DNA from: Polyangiaceae bacterium
Lineage (GTDB): Bacteria; Myxococcota_A; Polyangia; Polyangiales; Polyangiaceae
Reading direction: 5' to 3'
Assembly: GCA_036393455.1 (NCBI GenBank)
Contig: DASWGX010000147.1
Location: forward strand, 1 to 37,402
DNA length: 37,402 bases
Shown here: piece after piece, positions 18,996-27,330 of the stretch
Layout: every line of letters begins with the position of its first letter
Numbering within the stretch: position 1 is the stretch's first letter
Position numbers and translations under genes: made by a program
Notes under the pieces: model-generated
What the model was told of the DNA's origin: nothing
What the model saw: only the letters and a program-made list of their open reading frames with translations
Databases searched by the model: none

Positions 18996-19046
18996 TGGCA
19001 CATTGTCGTGGCACACTGCGTCTCCGCGAGTGACGCAGGTGTGCCA
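18996..19046. promoter_or_regulatory. TGGCACA direct repeat plus 14/15-bp inverted repeat in the divergent kinase / beta-barrel-EBP control region
   Basis: TGGCACA occurs at 18996-19002 and 19009-19015. The left arm TGGCACACTGCGTC (19009-19022), a 9-nt spacer, and the right arm GACGCAGGTGTGCCA (19032-19046) form a near-perfect palindrome with one bulged base. It lies 65 nt upstream of the 19111 ATG. Confidence 0.5.
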
Positions 19047-19110
19047 AGTGAGCCAACGCGCCGTCCCCACGAGACCCAATGCCAGCTAAGCCATCAGGAG
19101 GTCCCTCGCA

Positions 19111-19947
19111 ATGATCCATCGAACCCTAGCCCTGTGTGCGGCGGTCGCGGCACTGAACCTGGCGCTCCCTTCCCTGGCCGCGGCACAGTCCGCCGGCGAG
19201 GAACCGGGTACCGCCGCCACCGCCGAGCCTGGCCCGGACTCCACCATGATCGCCGATGCCGAGGCCGGCGCCTCGCCGGTGGAACAGGCCGGGCGCACCT
19301 ACCGCTTCGTCGGCTTGCGCTACCGCGGCATCATCGTTCCCAAATTCATGATGAATCTGTTCGGTGACGGCGGCAGCACCGTGTACGTGAACGGCATCGG
19401 GCCGGAGTTCAACATCAGGAAGGACGGGTTCGAGTACAGCTTCGCCGCGTGGTGGGCGGGCTATGGCATGGGCGAGACGCCGTTCAAGTCGAGCTCCGAC
19501 TCGCAGCTTGCTTGGGAAATAGTCGAGAGCAAGCTCAACGTGATCTACCTCACGGCGGACTTTCTCTGGAGTCAGGAGTTCACGCCGCAGTTCTCCTTGA
19601 ACTACGGGCTCGGCGCCGGCTTCGGCTTCGTGTTCGGCGATCTGTTTCGCACTCAGGCGTATCCGAATCCGCCCGAATCCGCAAACGACCCCGACGCGTA
19701 CGTCAAGTGCACCAGCGACACGGATCCCAACGACCCCAGCAACTTTTGCGACACCGACAACAACCACTACGCCGGCTACACCGAGCCGAGCTGGGCGAAC
19801 GGCGGCTCCAAGCCGATCATCTTCCCGTGGCTGTCGGTGCAGACGGGCATCCGCTTCAAACCGCACCGCAACTTCGTGGCTCGTTTCGACGCCGGCTTCG
19901 GCATTACCGGCTTTTTCATCGGCATCGGAGCCGACTATGGCCTGTGA
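19111..19947 (+). CDS. secreted beta-strand-rich protein, possible outer-membrane beta-barrel
   Basis: GGAGG lies 8 nt upstream of the ATG. The signal peptide is MIHRTLALCAAVAALNLALPSLAAAQS. The body has alternating aromatic/Gly-rich segments and ends ...GFGITGFFIGIGADYGL. Confidence 0.75.
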   Translation: MIHRTLALCAAVAALNLALPSLAAAQSAGEEPGTAATAEPGPDSTMIADAEAGASPVEQAGRTYRFVGLRYRGIIVPKFMMNLFGDGGSTVYVNGIGPEFNIRKDGFEYSFAAWWAGYGMGETPFKSSSDSQLAWEIVESKLNVIYLTADFLWSQEFTPQFSLNYGLGAGFGFVFGDLFRTQAYPNPPESANDPDAYVKCTSDTDPNDPSNFCDTDNNHYAGYTEPSWANGGSKPIIFPWLSVQTGIRFKPHRNFVARFDAGFGITGFFIGIGADYGL

Positions 19948-19977
19948 GGCTCGGGTCGGCCCAAGACCGCAGGTGGA

Positions 19978-22900
19978 GTGAAACCGCTCGAGCTTCCGTC
20001 GCGCTATGAACCACTCGCTTGCCTGGGACAGGGCGGCGGAGGGCAGGTTTGGGCGGTCAAAGATCGCCTGAACGGCGATCGCTACGCGCTCAAGGTACTC
20101 TCCGACGGCGCCACCGAGAACGAGATGGCGGCCCTGGTCCGGGAAGCGGTGGCGCTGTCCGGTCTCGAAGGCCTCGGAGTGCCGCGCGTGGTCCGCTTCG
20201 GCAGGCTGCCCCGCGACGGGCGGCCGTTCATGGTGCGCGAGCTGGTCGAGGGAGAGAGCCTCGAAGCGCTCATGGAACGACCGGATCGCTCCGAGGACGT
20301 GCTCCACGCGATCGCTCGCGCGGCGGACCAGCTCACCGTGTTGCATCGCACGGGGCTACTGCACGGCGACGTCAAGCCCGCCAACGTCATCGTTCAGGAC
20401 CGGCGCCGCGCCACCATGGTCGACCTCGGTCTTGCGGCGCCGTGGCTGGAAGGCGGAGCGCGCCCGCAGGGGCTCACGCCGCGCTACGCCGCGCCGGAGC
20501 TCTTCATGGGGCGGCCGCTCACGGTGCGGGCGGAGGTGTACGCGCTCGGCGTCATGCTGGGCGAAGCCCTGGAAGCGGCGTCGCACACCATCGACGCCGC
20601 CCGGCGCGAGGCGCTGCTCGACGTGGCGCGCCGTGCCACGTCGAAAGATCCGGACGAGCGCTATCCATCGGCCGACGAGTTCGCTTCGGCGTTGCGCAGC
20701 GCGGCGCGCTTCGCCGCCGAGGAGCGCGCTGCCACGGACGGCGCGGGTTGGCCGATCGTCGGCATCGACGCGGTGTCGTCGGACCTTTCTCGCTCGGTGC
20801 TCGGGCTGGGCGCCGGGCAGCTGCTTCGCATCGACGGACCTCCGGGCTCGGGGCGAAGCGCGCTCCTGCGCCGCATCGCCTGGTCGCTCGAAATGGCGGG
20901 CCGCGCGGTGGCATGGCTCGACGCGAGCATGGTGAGCTTACCGAGCGCCGTGCGCGGCGAGCTCGAAGCAACACCCGCACCGGACGTCGTCGTCTTGGTC
21001 GACGACGCGAGCGCCCTCTTGCCCGAAAGCGCGCGGGAGCTTTCGGCGCTGCGCGGGAAGGGCGCCCGGCTCGTGACGGTGGGCGGCACGGCGCTCGGAA
21101 CCGTCGATGTCACCTTCGAGGTGCCGCCGCTCGACGCCCGCGCCGCCATCGATCTGGTGCGGCGGGCCGTGCCGTCGTTGACGGAGCGGCTCTCCAAGCG
21201 GCTGGTTTCGGCCGCCGAAGCGCGGCCCGGCGAGCTCCGCCGCCTGGTCCAACTGATTGCGAAGCGCCCGGTCGCGTCGGAACGCGACATCGAGGCGCTG
21301 CTCGGCGTCGCCTCGGTGCCGCCGCCATCCGGGGATCCGCTCGAGGAAGTGACTCAGCTGCTCGATCAGGGTCGTTTCGGCGACGCCGGCGCGGCGCTCG
21401 AACGACTGACTCCGGAGATCATCGCCGAACGGCCGCTGCAAGTGTCGGTGGCGCGCGCGCGCTTGCTGCTCAACCAAGGCGAGGCGCCCGCCGCGCTCAG
21501 GGTGTTGCGCGAGCAAACCCCGAGCGACGACGCGCCCGAAGCGGCACGGTTTGGCTGGACACTGGCGCTCGCTCGCGCGCACCTTGGCGCGGGCGACTAC
21601 GCGAAAACGGCGGAGCTTGCCGCGCCGCTCAGGGACGCGCCCGGCACGTTTCGTTGCGAGGCGCTCACGTCCTACGGGCTCGCGCTTTCGTTTCAGGGCC
21701 GTCACGACGAAGCGGGCAAGGTTCTGGAACAGGCCGTGGCAGCGGCGCAGAGCCTGGGGTTGCCGCGCCTGGAAGCCGTCGCGCTCGGTTCGCTGGCGCT
21801 CGCGCAGCAGCGCGCCGATCGTCTCGAGGACGCCAAGGCTCGCTATGAACAGGGTCTCGAGGCGGCCGAACGCGCCGGCGACGCTGGGAACCTCGCGACG
21901 CTGCGGTTGAACCTGGCGTCGCTCTTGAAGGTGAGCGGCGACATCGCCGCGGCGATCGAGCACTACGAAGCGGCCGTCGACATGGGGCGGCGCAGCGGAC
22001 GTCGCGCGGCCGAGCGTCAAGCCCTCTTGAATCTCGCGAACGCGGACTTGTACCTCGGGCGCCTGGCGCGGGCACGCGCGAGCATAGAAGCGCTTGAGGA
22101 GCAGCGCGGCGAGCTCTCGCCGATGGAGCGAGCACAATTGAACGGACTTGCCGCGGACCTCTACGCACGGCAAGGGCGGATCGAACAGGCCACCGTTGCC
22201 TATGAGGCGTGCGCGGTGGCGTTCGAAGCGCTCGGACGCACGCTCGACGCTGCCGAGTCGCGGCTCGAAAGCATCCTGGTCGCCGTGCGCGATCCCAAGG
22301 CGCAAGTGCTCGAGCTCCGGCGTCAATTGCGCCGCGCCGCGGACGAGCTCGGTAGCGCTCCTGCACATCGCCCGCTGTTGCTCCTGGCGGAGGCGCGCGT
22401 CGCGGCCCTGGCGGGTGACGAGCAGACCGCAAGGGAGCGGCTGGAACGAGCGCTCGATGCTGCGCGAGAGGCGCAGCAGAAGGAATGGATCTGGCGCGCG
22501 CTCGAGTCGCGCGCCGAGCTGGCGGACGCGGCGGGTCAGAGCCTGCACGCGCGCCGCGATCGCGAAGAAGCGCTGGCGCTACTGGAGGAAATCGGAGCCA
22601 GACTGCCGCGCGATCTGCGCGAGGTGTACTGGAATGACCCGCGCCGTCGCGGCCTGCGCGCCCGCGTGGAATCGGGAGTCGCCGCGGCGCCCACGGAGCG
22701 CTACGACGCTGACCCGCTGCGCCTCGACGCCGGAACGCGCGGACGCACTTCGGTGTCGACGTTGTCGGCGACGCCGCTCGAGCAGCGCCTGGCGCGTATC
22801 CTCGAGATCAACAGCGAGCTGGCCGGGGAGGTCGACGTCGAACGGCTCACGACGCGGGTCACCGATCACGCCGTCCAGCTCTTGCGGGCGGAGCGCGGCT

Positions 22901-24381
22901 ACGTGCTCTTGTGCGAGCCGAACGGCGAGCTCACGGTTCACACTTCGCGCTCGCTCGCGGGCGACGCTCAGCACCACGAGTTCTCGCGGTCGATCGCGCA
23001 ACGCGTCGTCGAGACGCGAGAGCCGTTCATGTCGATGAGCGCTCGCGACGACGCGCGCATCGCCGGCTACTCGTCCGTGCATCAACTGATGCTCGAGTCG
23101 GTGGCATGCGTGCCGATTCTGGCGCCTTCGGGGGCGGCAATCGGCGCCCTGTACCTCGAAACTCGACTGCGTCCCGGCGTGCACTTCGAACGCGAGCTGT
23201 CGACGCTGCGCGCGTTCGCGGATCAGGTCGCCATCGCGTTCGAAAACGGGCGGCTGATTCGGGAGAACCGCGCGCGCGCCAGCGAGCTCGAACGAGCCAA
23301 CGTGGATCTCGCGGAAGCCCAGGAGCACCTGCGCGAGCTCTTGGGCGATCGGACGCGCAAGCTCAAGCAGGCACGCAGGAAGCTGCGGGCCGCTCACGAG
23401 CGCCTCTACGCTCATTTCGGCTACCAGGGGCTGGTCGGCACGAGCGACGGGATGCGGCGGGTGTATTCGCTGATCGATCGCGTCAAGGATACGGACGTGC
23501 CCGTGCTCATCACCGGGGAGAGCGGCACCGGCAAGGAGATGGTGGCACATGCCGTGCACGCGGCGTCGTCACGCGCTTCCGCGAAGTTTCTGGGTATCAA
23601 CTGCGGCGCGGTTCCCGAGCAGCTACTCGAGAGCGAGCTTTTTGGTCACGTCCGCGGCGCGTTCACGGGGGCCGATCGCGACCGCAAGGGGCTATTTCGC
23701 GAGTGCGAGGGTGGCACCATCTTGCTCGACGAAATCGGGGAAACCCCTGCCAAGATGCAGGCGACGCTGCTCCGGGTGCTGCAAGAGCGAAAGGTGCGTC
23801 CCGTCGGCGGCAATCAGGAAGAAGACGTCGACGCTCGCGTACTCTTCGCGACGAACAAGGACCTCGCGGAGCTGGTCTCGCGCGGGACCTTTCGAGAGGA
23901 TCTGTACTACCGCATCGTCGTGGTCGAGGTTCCCCTGCCGCCGTTGCGCGAACGCGCCGACGACATTCCGCAGCTCGTCGATCATTTTCTGGGCTTGTTC
24001 GCTGCCCGCTACAAGCGCGAAAAGCGCGCGGTGTCGCGTGAAGCAATGAGGCTGCTGGCGACGCAAACCTGGCCGGGCAACGTGCGGCAGCTCGAGAACG
24101 TGCTGCTCAACGCCTGGATCTTGAGCGAGGAAGCGGAGCTCTTGCCGGAGGATTTCGACTTACCGAGTTCCCACGGCGCCGCGCCGGCTGCCCGGGCCGA
24201 GCGCACATCCGCGGTGGCCCGGCAGCGGCGCGGCACGATTTCGGAACATCATCATGACGAACGTTCGCGCATCCTGGAGGCGCTCGAGGCGAGCAACTGG
24301 AACCGCGTGAAAGCGGCGGAGCTCAGCGGCATTCCGCGACGCACCTTTTACCGCCGGCTGCGCGAATACGGGATCCAGTAG
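19978..24381 (+). CDS. Ser/Thr kinase - P-loop NTPase - TPR - GAF - sigma54-dependent AAA+ activator - Fis HTH fusion protein
   Basis: 1,467-aa ORF starting 30 nt after the previous stop. The kinase module has LGQGGGGQV, YALKV, HGDVKPAN, DLG and AAPE. The central NTPase has Walker A GPPGSGRS and Walker B VVVLVDD. A TPR-like region spans about aa 455-900 and a GAF domain about aa 935-1092. The sigma54 module has GESGTGKE, GAFTGA, LLDEIGE and PGNVRQLEN. The C-terminal HTH reads NWNRVKAAELSGIPRRTFYRRLREYGI. Confidence 0.9.
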   Translation: MKPLELPSRYEPLACLGQGGGGQVWAVKDRLNGDRYALKVLSDGATENEMAALVREAVALSGLEGLGVPRVVRFGRLPRDGRPFMVRELVEGESLEALMERPDRSEDVLHAIARAADQLTVLHRTGLLHGDVKPANVIVQDRRRATMVDLGLAAPWLEGGARPQGLTPRYAAPELFMGRPLTVRAEVYALGVMLGEALEAASHTIDAARREALLDVARRATSKDPDERYPSADEFASALRSAARFAAEERAATDGAGWPIVGIDAVSSDLSRSVLGLGAGQLLRIDGPPGSGRSALLRRIAWSLEMAGRAVAWLDASMVSLPSAVRGELEATPAPDVVVLVDDASALLPESARELSALRGKGARLVTVGGTALGTVDVTFEVPPLDARAAIDLVRRAVPSLTERLSKRLVSAAEARPGELRRLVQLIAKRPVASERDIEALLGVASVPPPSGDPLEEVTQLLDQGRFGDAGAALERLTPEIIAERPLQVSVARARLLLNQGEAPAALRVLREQTPSDDAPEAARFGWTLALARAHLGAGDYAKTAELAAPLRDAPGTFRCEALTSYGLALSFQGRHDEAGKVLEQAVAAAQSLGLPRLEAVALGSLALAQQRADRLEDAKARYEQGLEAAERAGDAGNLATLRLNLASLLKVSGDIAAAIEHYEAAVDMGRRSGRRAAERQALLNLANADLYLGRLARARASIEALEEQRGELSPMERAQLNGLAADLYARQGRIEQATVAYEACAVAFEALGRTLDAAESRLESILVAVRDPKAQVLELRRQLRRAADELGSAPAHRPLLLLAEARVAALAGDEQTARERLERALDAAREAQQKEWIWRALESRAELADAAGQSLHARRDREEALALLEEIGARLPRDLREVYWNDPRRRGLRARVESGVAAAPTERYDADPLRLDAGTRGRTSVSTLSATPLEQRLARILEINSELAGEVDVERLTTRVTDHAVQLLRAERGYVLLCEPNGELTVHTSRSLAGDAQHHEFSRSIAQRVVETREPFMSMSARDDARIAGYSSVHQLMLESVACVPILAPSGAAIGALYLETRLRPGVHFERELSTLRAFADQVAIAFENGRLIRENRARASELERANVDLAEAQEHLRELLGDRTRKLKQARRKLRAAHERLYAHFGYQGLVGTSDGMRRVYSLIDRVKDTDVPVLITGESGTGKEMVAHAVHAASSRASAKFLGINCGAVPEQLLESELFGHVRGAFTGADRDRKGLFRECEGGTILLDEIGETPAKMQATLLRVLQERKVRPVGGNQEEDVDARVLFATNKDLAELVSRGTFREDLYYRIVVVEVPLPPLRERADDIPQLVDHFLGLFAARYKREKRAVSREAMRLLATQTWPGNVRQLENVLLNAWILSEEAELLPEDFDLPSSHGAAPAARAERTSAVARQRRGTISEHHHDERSRILEALEASNWNRVKAAELSGIPRRTFYRRLREYGIQ

Positions 24382-24397
24382 CGGACGAGCCGGCGCC

Positions 24398-24420
24398 GCG
24401 CGCGCTCAGCTCGCGCGCGC
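24398..24420. terminator. GC-only inverted repeat between the convergent EBP and HEAT genes
   Basis: GCGCGCGC (24398-24405), loop tcagctc, GCGCGCGC (24413-24420). The right arm lies inside the last HEAT codons. There is no U-tract on either strand. Confidence 0.2.
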
Positions 24421-26163
24421 CTCGACTCGATACATGACCTGCTTGAGCGGTGCGTCGGCGGCGGCCTTGTCCCGATCCGCGGACTTTTCGTTCTTCTCGA
24501 TGATGGCTTCGAGCTGCTTCGCGACCTCTGCAGAGCCCTTGGGAGACAGGGTGTCGATCACCTTGGCCGCGACGAAGCGAACCGCGGCGTTGTCAATGGA
24601 CTCGAGCCGTTCGATCAATGCGTCGCGAGCCTTCTCGTCGCCCAAGATTCCGATCATGTAGCCGGCCTTGATCCCCGCGTACTGATTCTTCTGATCGAGG
24701 TTTTCGCTCTTTTCGATAGCCGTGAGGTAACAGTCGACTCGGTCGGCGCACTCTTTGACCAGGGGTTCCACCTGCGCGAGCAAATCGTTCTCGAGCTTGG
24801 TGCCGTAGCGCGAGAAAGCGGCCTTGACCTTCGACATCTGCTCGGGCTTGGCCAACTTGACCATGGTGAGCAGCAAGGTGCCCTGAAGCGCCTTCAAATC
24901 CTCGCCGCCGCCCTTCGTGTTGGCGGCCCTGTCGATCAGCCAGTCCACCATGCCGGCATCGAAGAATTGGCCAGATGCCTCGGCGAGCATCTGCAGCGCG
25001 CTTTCGCCGGGTGGCACGACGGTTTCGAGCGAGATGGACTCGAACACGTTCTTGAACGCGCGTTTGGATTCCGGCGTCGGCGGCAGCTTCGTCAGCTCGC
25101 GGGCGATGATGGCTTTGTTCTCGTCCTCGACGTTGCCCTTCAGCGCCTCCACGAGCGGCGTGATCGATTCCGAGCGCCCGATCGTGCCGAGCACCAATGC
25201 GGCGGTGGGGAGATACGGTTTGCCCGTGGGCTCTTCGCGCGCGCCGGTGACTTCTTTGATGCGGCGGCGATTGAACGCGATGAGCTTGTCGGCTTCCCCC
25301 TTGAGCAGCTTGGCGGTGGCGTCAGCCGCGGGCTTTCCGATTTTCACCAGGGCCAGCGCCGCCGTCGCCTGCACGTCGGCCTTGGCCGGGTCGAGCATGA
25401 CTTTGAGCAGCGGCTCGACGGCGCTCGCGTCCCCGATGCGACCGAGAATCTCGGCTGCGGTCACCTGCCAGAACAGCTGATCTCGGTACGGGTCGATCAA
25501 ATCTCGATCTTTGGCGCTCCTCGGTACTTTTATCTCCGGCTCCAGCATCGAGGTCAGCGTGCCCGACCAGGACGAGTGCGACAGCTGATTCATCGCCTTG
25601 CTGAAGTCCTTGTAGACGATCCCGCCCAGCATCGAGCTCGCCTTGAGCTTGGTGAAGGCTTGGAGCATCGGGTCTGCGACGGACTCCAGCTTCATGTCTC
25701 CGGCGGCGAGCGCCGCCCATTTGATGTCTTGCTCGTCTTTGGTCGTGCGCGGACGCTTGGCGAACTCCTCGAACGCCTTGCGAATCGCCGGTTCGGCGCG
25801 CTTGTCCCTGAACGCGCCGAGCAACTTTATCAACGTGACGCGCGTCTTGGTGTCGAGATTGGAGTACTCGTCGACGTAGAGCTTGGTGAGCGGGTCGATC
25901 ACCTCGTCGACCAGAGCCTTGACGTCGGGGGCCTCGCGATCACTGCTCGCTTTGGTGGCGGCGTCCTCGTAGAATTGCTCGAGGCGCTTGACGGACCGCG
26001 GTCTCCAGGGCGGGTCTTCGAGCTTACCCACCCAGTATCCCGGTTGGCTCTCGTCCTTGCAGGCTACGAGCGTGGTGGTCGCCGCGCCGATAGCAACGGT
26101 TGCGGCCGTGCCGAGCGTCAATGAGCGGATGAGCGAAGCGACGACTTTGCGGGAGCGCAGCAT
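24406..26163 (-). CDS. HEAT/armadillo-repeat lipoprotein
   Basis: I prefer the ATG at 26163, which has GGAGG upstream. The N-terminus MLRSRKVVASLIRSLTLGTAATVAIGAATTTLVACKDE has a lipobox. The body is all-helical and repetitive with HEAT-like A..ALG.IGD...V..L.. units. Confidence 0.85.
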   Translation of the reverse strand: MLRSRKVVASLIRSLTLGTAATVAIGAATTTLVACKDESQPGYWVGKLEDPPWRPRSVKRLEQFYEDAATKASSDREAPDVKALVDEVIDPLTKLYVDEYSNLDTKTRVTLIKLLGAFRDKRAEPAIRKAFEEFAKRPRTTKDEQDIKWAALAAGDMKLESVADPMLQAFTKLKASSMLGGIVYKDFSKAMNQLSHSSWSGTLTSMLEPEIKVPRSAKDRDLIDPYRDQLFWQVTAAEILGRIGDASAVEPLLKVMLDPAKADVQATAALALVKIGKPAADATAKLLKGEADKLIAFNRRRIKEVTGAREEPTGKPYLPTAALVLGTIGRSESITPLVEALKGNVEDENKAIIARELTKLPPTPESKRAFKNVFESISLETVVPPGESALQMLAEASGQFFDAGMVDWLIDRAANTKGGGEDLKALQGTLLLTMVKLAKPEQMSKVKAAFSRYGTKLENDLLAQVEPLVKECADRVDCYLTAIEKSENLDQKNQYAGIKAGYMIGILGDEKARDALIERLESIDNAAVRFVAAKVIDTLSPKGSAEVAKQLEAIIEKNEKSADRDKAAADAPLKQVMYRVEARAS

Positions 26164-26255
26164 ACGGTGGCCTCCAGAAAATGCGGTTATGACGAAGGCC
26201 CCTCGAGGTGGGGCGTGCCGGAACCCGCAAATACGCAAGTTCCCAGTGTTTCGGG

Positions 26256-26285
26256 ACGGTACGCCGGAGCACTTCGAGCTGTCAA
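26256..26285 (-). promoter_or_regulatory. candidate sigma70-type promoter of the HEAT lipoprotein gene
   Basis: The minus strand reads TTGACA (26285-26280), an 18-nt spacer, then TACCGT (26261-26256), about 90 nt upstream of the 26163 start codon. Confidence 0.35.
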
Positions 26286-26339
26286 CGAAGGGAGATTAGC
26301 CGTCCGGCTGGCCAATGCGGACCGCGGCGAGCGGGTGAG

Positions 26340-26370
26340 AAAAAAGTGAGCTCGACGATTTCGTGAGCTC
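26340..26370 (-). terminator. candidate intrinsic terminator of the cbi-AKR-cysQ operon
   Basis: The minus strand reads GAGCTC-acgaaatcgtc-GAGCTC-AC-TTTTTT. The two self-complementary GAGCTC copies can form a 6-bp stem followed by a T6 run. The stem is short and alternative pairings with the other repeat units exist. Confidence 0.35.
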
Positions 26371-26413
26371 GGGAGGCTCGTGAGCTCCGGAGGCTCGTGA
26401 GCTCCGGAGGCAT
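26346..26413. repeat. four tandem 17-bp repeats (GTGAGCTCnnGGAGGCTC type)
   Basis: The units are 26346 gtgagctcgacgatttc, 26363 gtgagctcgggaggctc, 26380 gtgagctccggaggctc and 26397 gtgagctccggaggcat. Each contains the palindrome GAGCTC. They lie in the 345-nt gap between the cysQ-like stop and the HEAT lipoprotein start. Confidence 0.9.
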
Positions 26414-26508
26414 TGGCCACGATGCTTCGCGAAGCGGAGCGGAGCACTCTGTGAAGCGATGGCGAGCGAAAGCGAGGCGCGAGCGCAGCGCGAAGCTAAC
26501 GCAGGGCG

Positions 26509-27330
26509 TTAGTCGAGACGGCCGAGCTCGGCCGTGAGGCGCTCGATCACGGCTCGATGCAGATGATGATTCGTCGCAACCAATCCTCTGTCGTTGACGA
26601 GGCTCGGCGCGCGGTAGGAGATGGGCGCACCATTCTGGTCGGTGAAGCACCCGCCGGCCGCGGTCACGATGGCGTCGGGAGCGCACGCATCCCAGCGCTT
26701 GCCGGCGCGGTTGGGGGCGATGTAGGCGTCGGCTTCGCCGCTGGCGACCGCGGCCGCCTTGAGCCCGGCGGAGCCGAGCGAGCGCCAGTGCGCGGCGCCC
26801 AGGGCGCGACGCGCACGCTCGAGGGTTTGGCTCTTGTGCGAGCGCGAGCCGACGATCGAGGCCTCCGCCAGGTTGAGGGTTTCGCTGCACCGAATCGGCC
26901 GGCGCGAGGCATCCGGACCGATCGTCCAGGCGCCGCGGCCCACCTGCCCGACCCAGGTCCAGCCTCGAGCCGGCGCTTGCACGACGCCGTGCGATGCGCG
27001 GTCTCCCTCGAGTAGGCCTATCATCACGACGAACTCGCCGTTCCTTTCGACGAACTCGCGCGTGCCGTCGACGGGATCGACGAAGAACACGCGCGGCGCC
27101 TTGCGAAAGCCGGCGAAGGACTCTTCGTCGCTCTCCTCGGCCACGACGGGCACGTCGGGGTAGCGCTCGTGCAGCCGAACGCAGATGAGCCGGTTCGCGC
27201 GACGATCCGCTTCGGTGACCGGATCGCGCGGAGCCTTGTACTCGACGCTGAACGGCTTGGCGTAGATCTCGTTCACGAGGGCCGACGCCTCCGCGGCGAT
27301 GCGAACCATGTCTTCCAGGAGCTCCGTCAC
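26509..27330 (-). CDS. cysQ: inositol monophosphatase-family phosphatase, CysQ-like 3'(2'),5'-bisphosphate nucleotidase
   Basis: Only the C-terminal 273 codons of the tracked 597-aa ORF look real. The GTG at 27330 overlaps the AKR stop (GTGA). Motifs VAEESDEE, FFVDPVDGTREF (GT[KR]EF is CysQ-typical) and KRWDACAP are present. Confidence 0.8.
   Translation of the reverse strand: MTELLEDMVRIAAEASALVNEIYAKPFSVEYKAPRDPVTEADRRANRLICVRLHERYPDVPVVAEESDEESFAGFRKAPRVFFVDPVDGTREFVERNGEFVVMIGLLEGDRASHGVVQAPARGWTWVGQVGRGAWTIGPDASRRPIRCSETLNLAEASIVGSRSHKSQTLERARRALGAAHWRSLGSAGLKAAAVASGEADAYIAPNRAGKRWDACAPDAIVTAAGGCFTDQNGAPISYRAPSLVNDRGLVATNHHLHRAVIERLTAELGRLD

Noticed and set aside
18803-19003. 67-codon N-terminal extension of the WD40 kinase (tracked start 19003)
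   Set aside because: The extension (MCQIANSPRLLPETSRNTPAQQCKG...) has a non-coding composition and would swallow the TGGCACA element. The ATG at 18802 gives a normal disordered pre-kinase N-terminus.
18996-19025. Canonical sigma54 promoter at the TGGCAC repeats (also minus-strand TGGGAAC-TTGC near 26228-26246)
   Set aside because: None of these has a GC dinucleotide at the required GG-N10-GC spacing. At 18996 the -12 position reads TG, at 19009 it reads CT, and at 26228-26246 the TTGC boxes are 4 nt too close or 4 nt too far.
20938-22548. 536-aa minus-strand ORF plus 20019-21848, 21665-22432, 22148-23038, 22579-23559 and 22911-24041
   Set aside because: All are shadows of the 19978-24381 kinase-EBP gene. 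None has recognisable motifs, and all are extremely Arg-rich.
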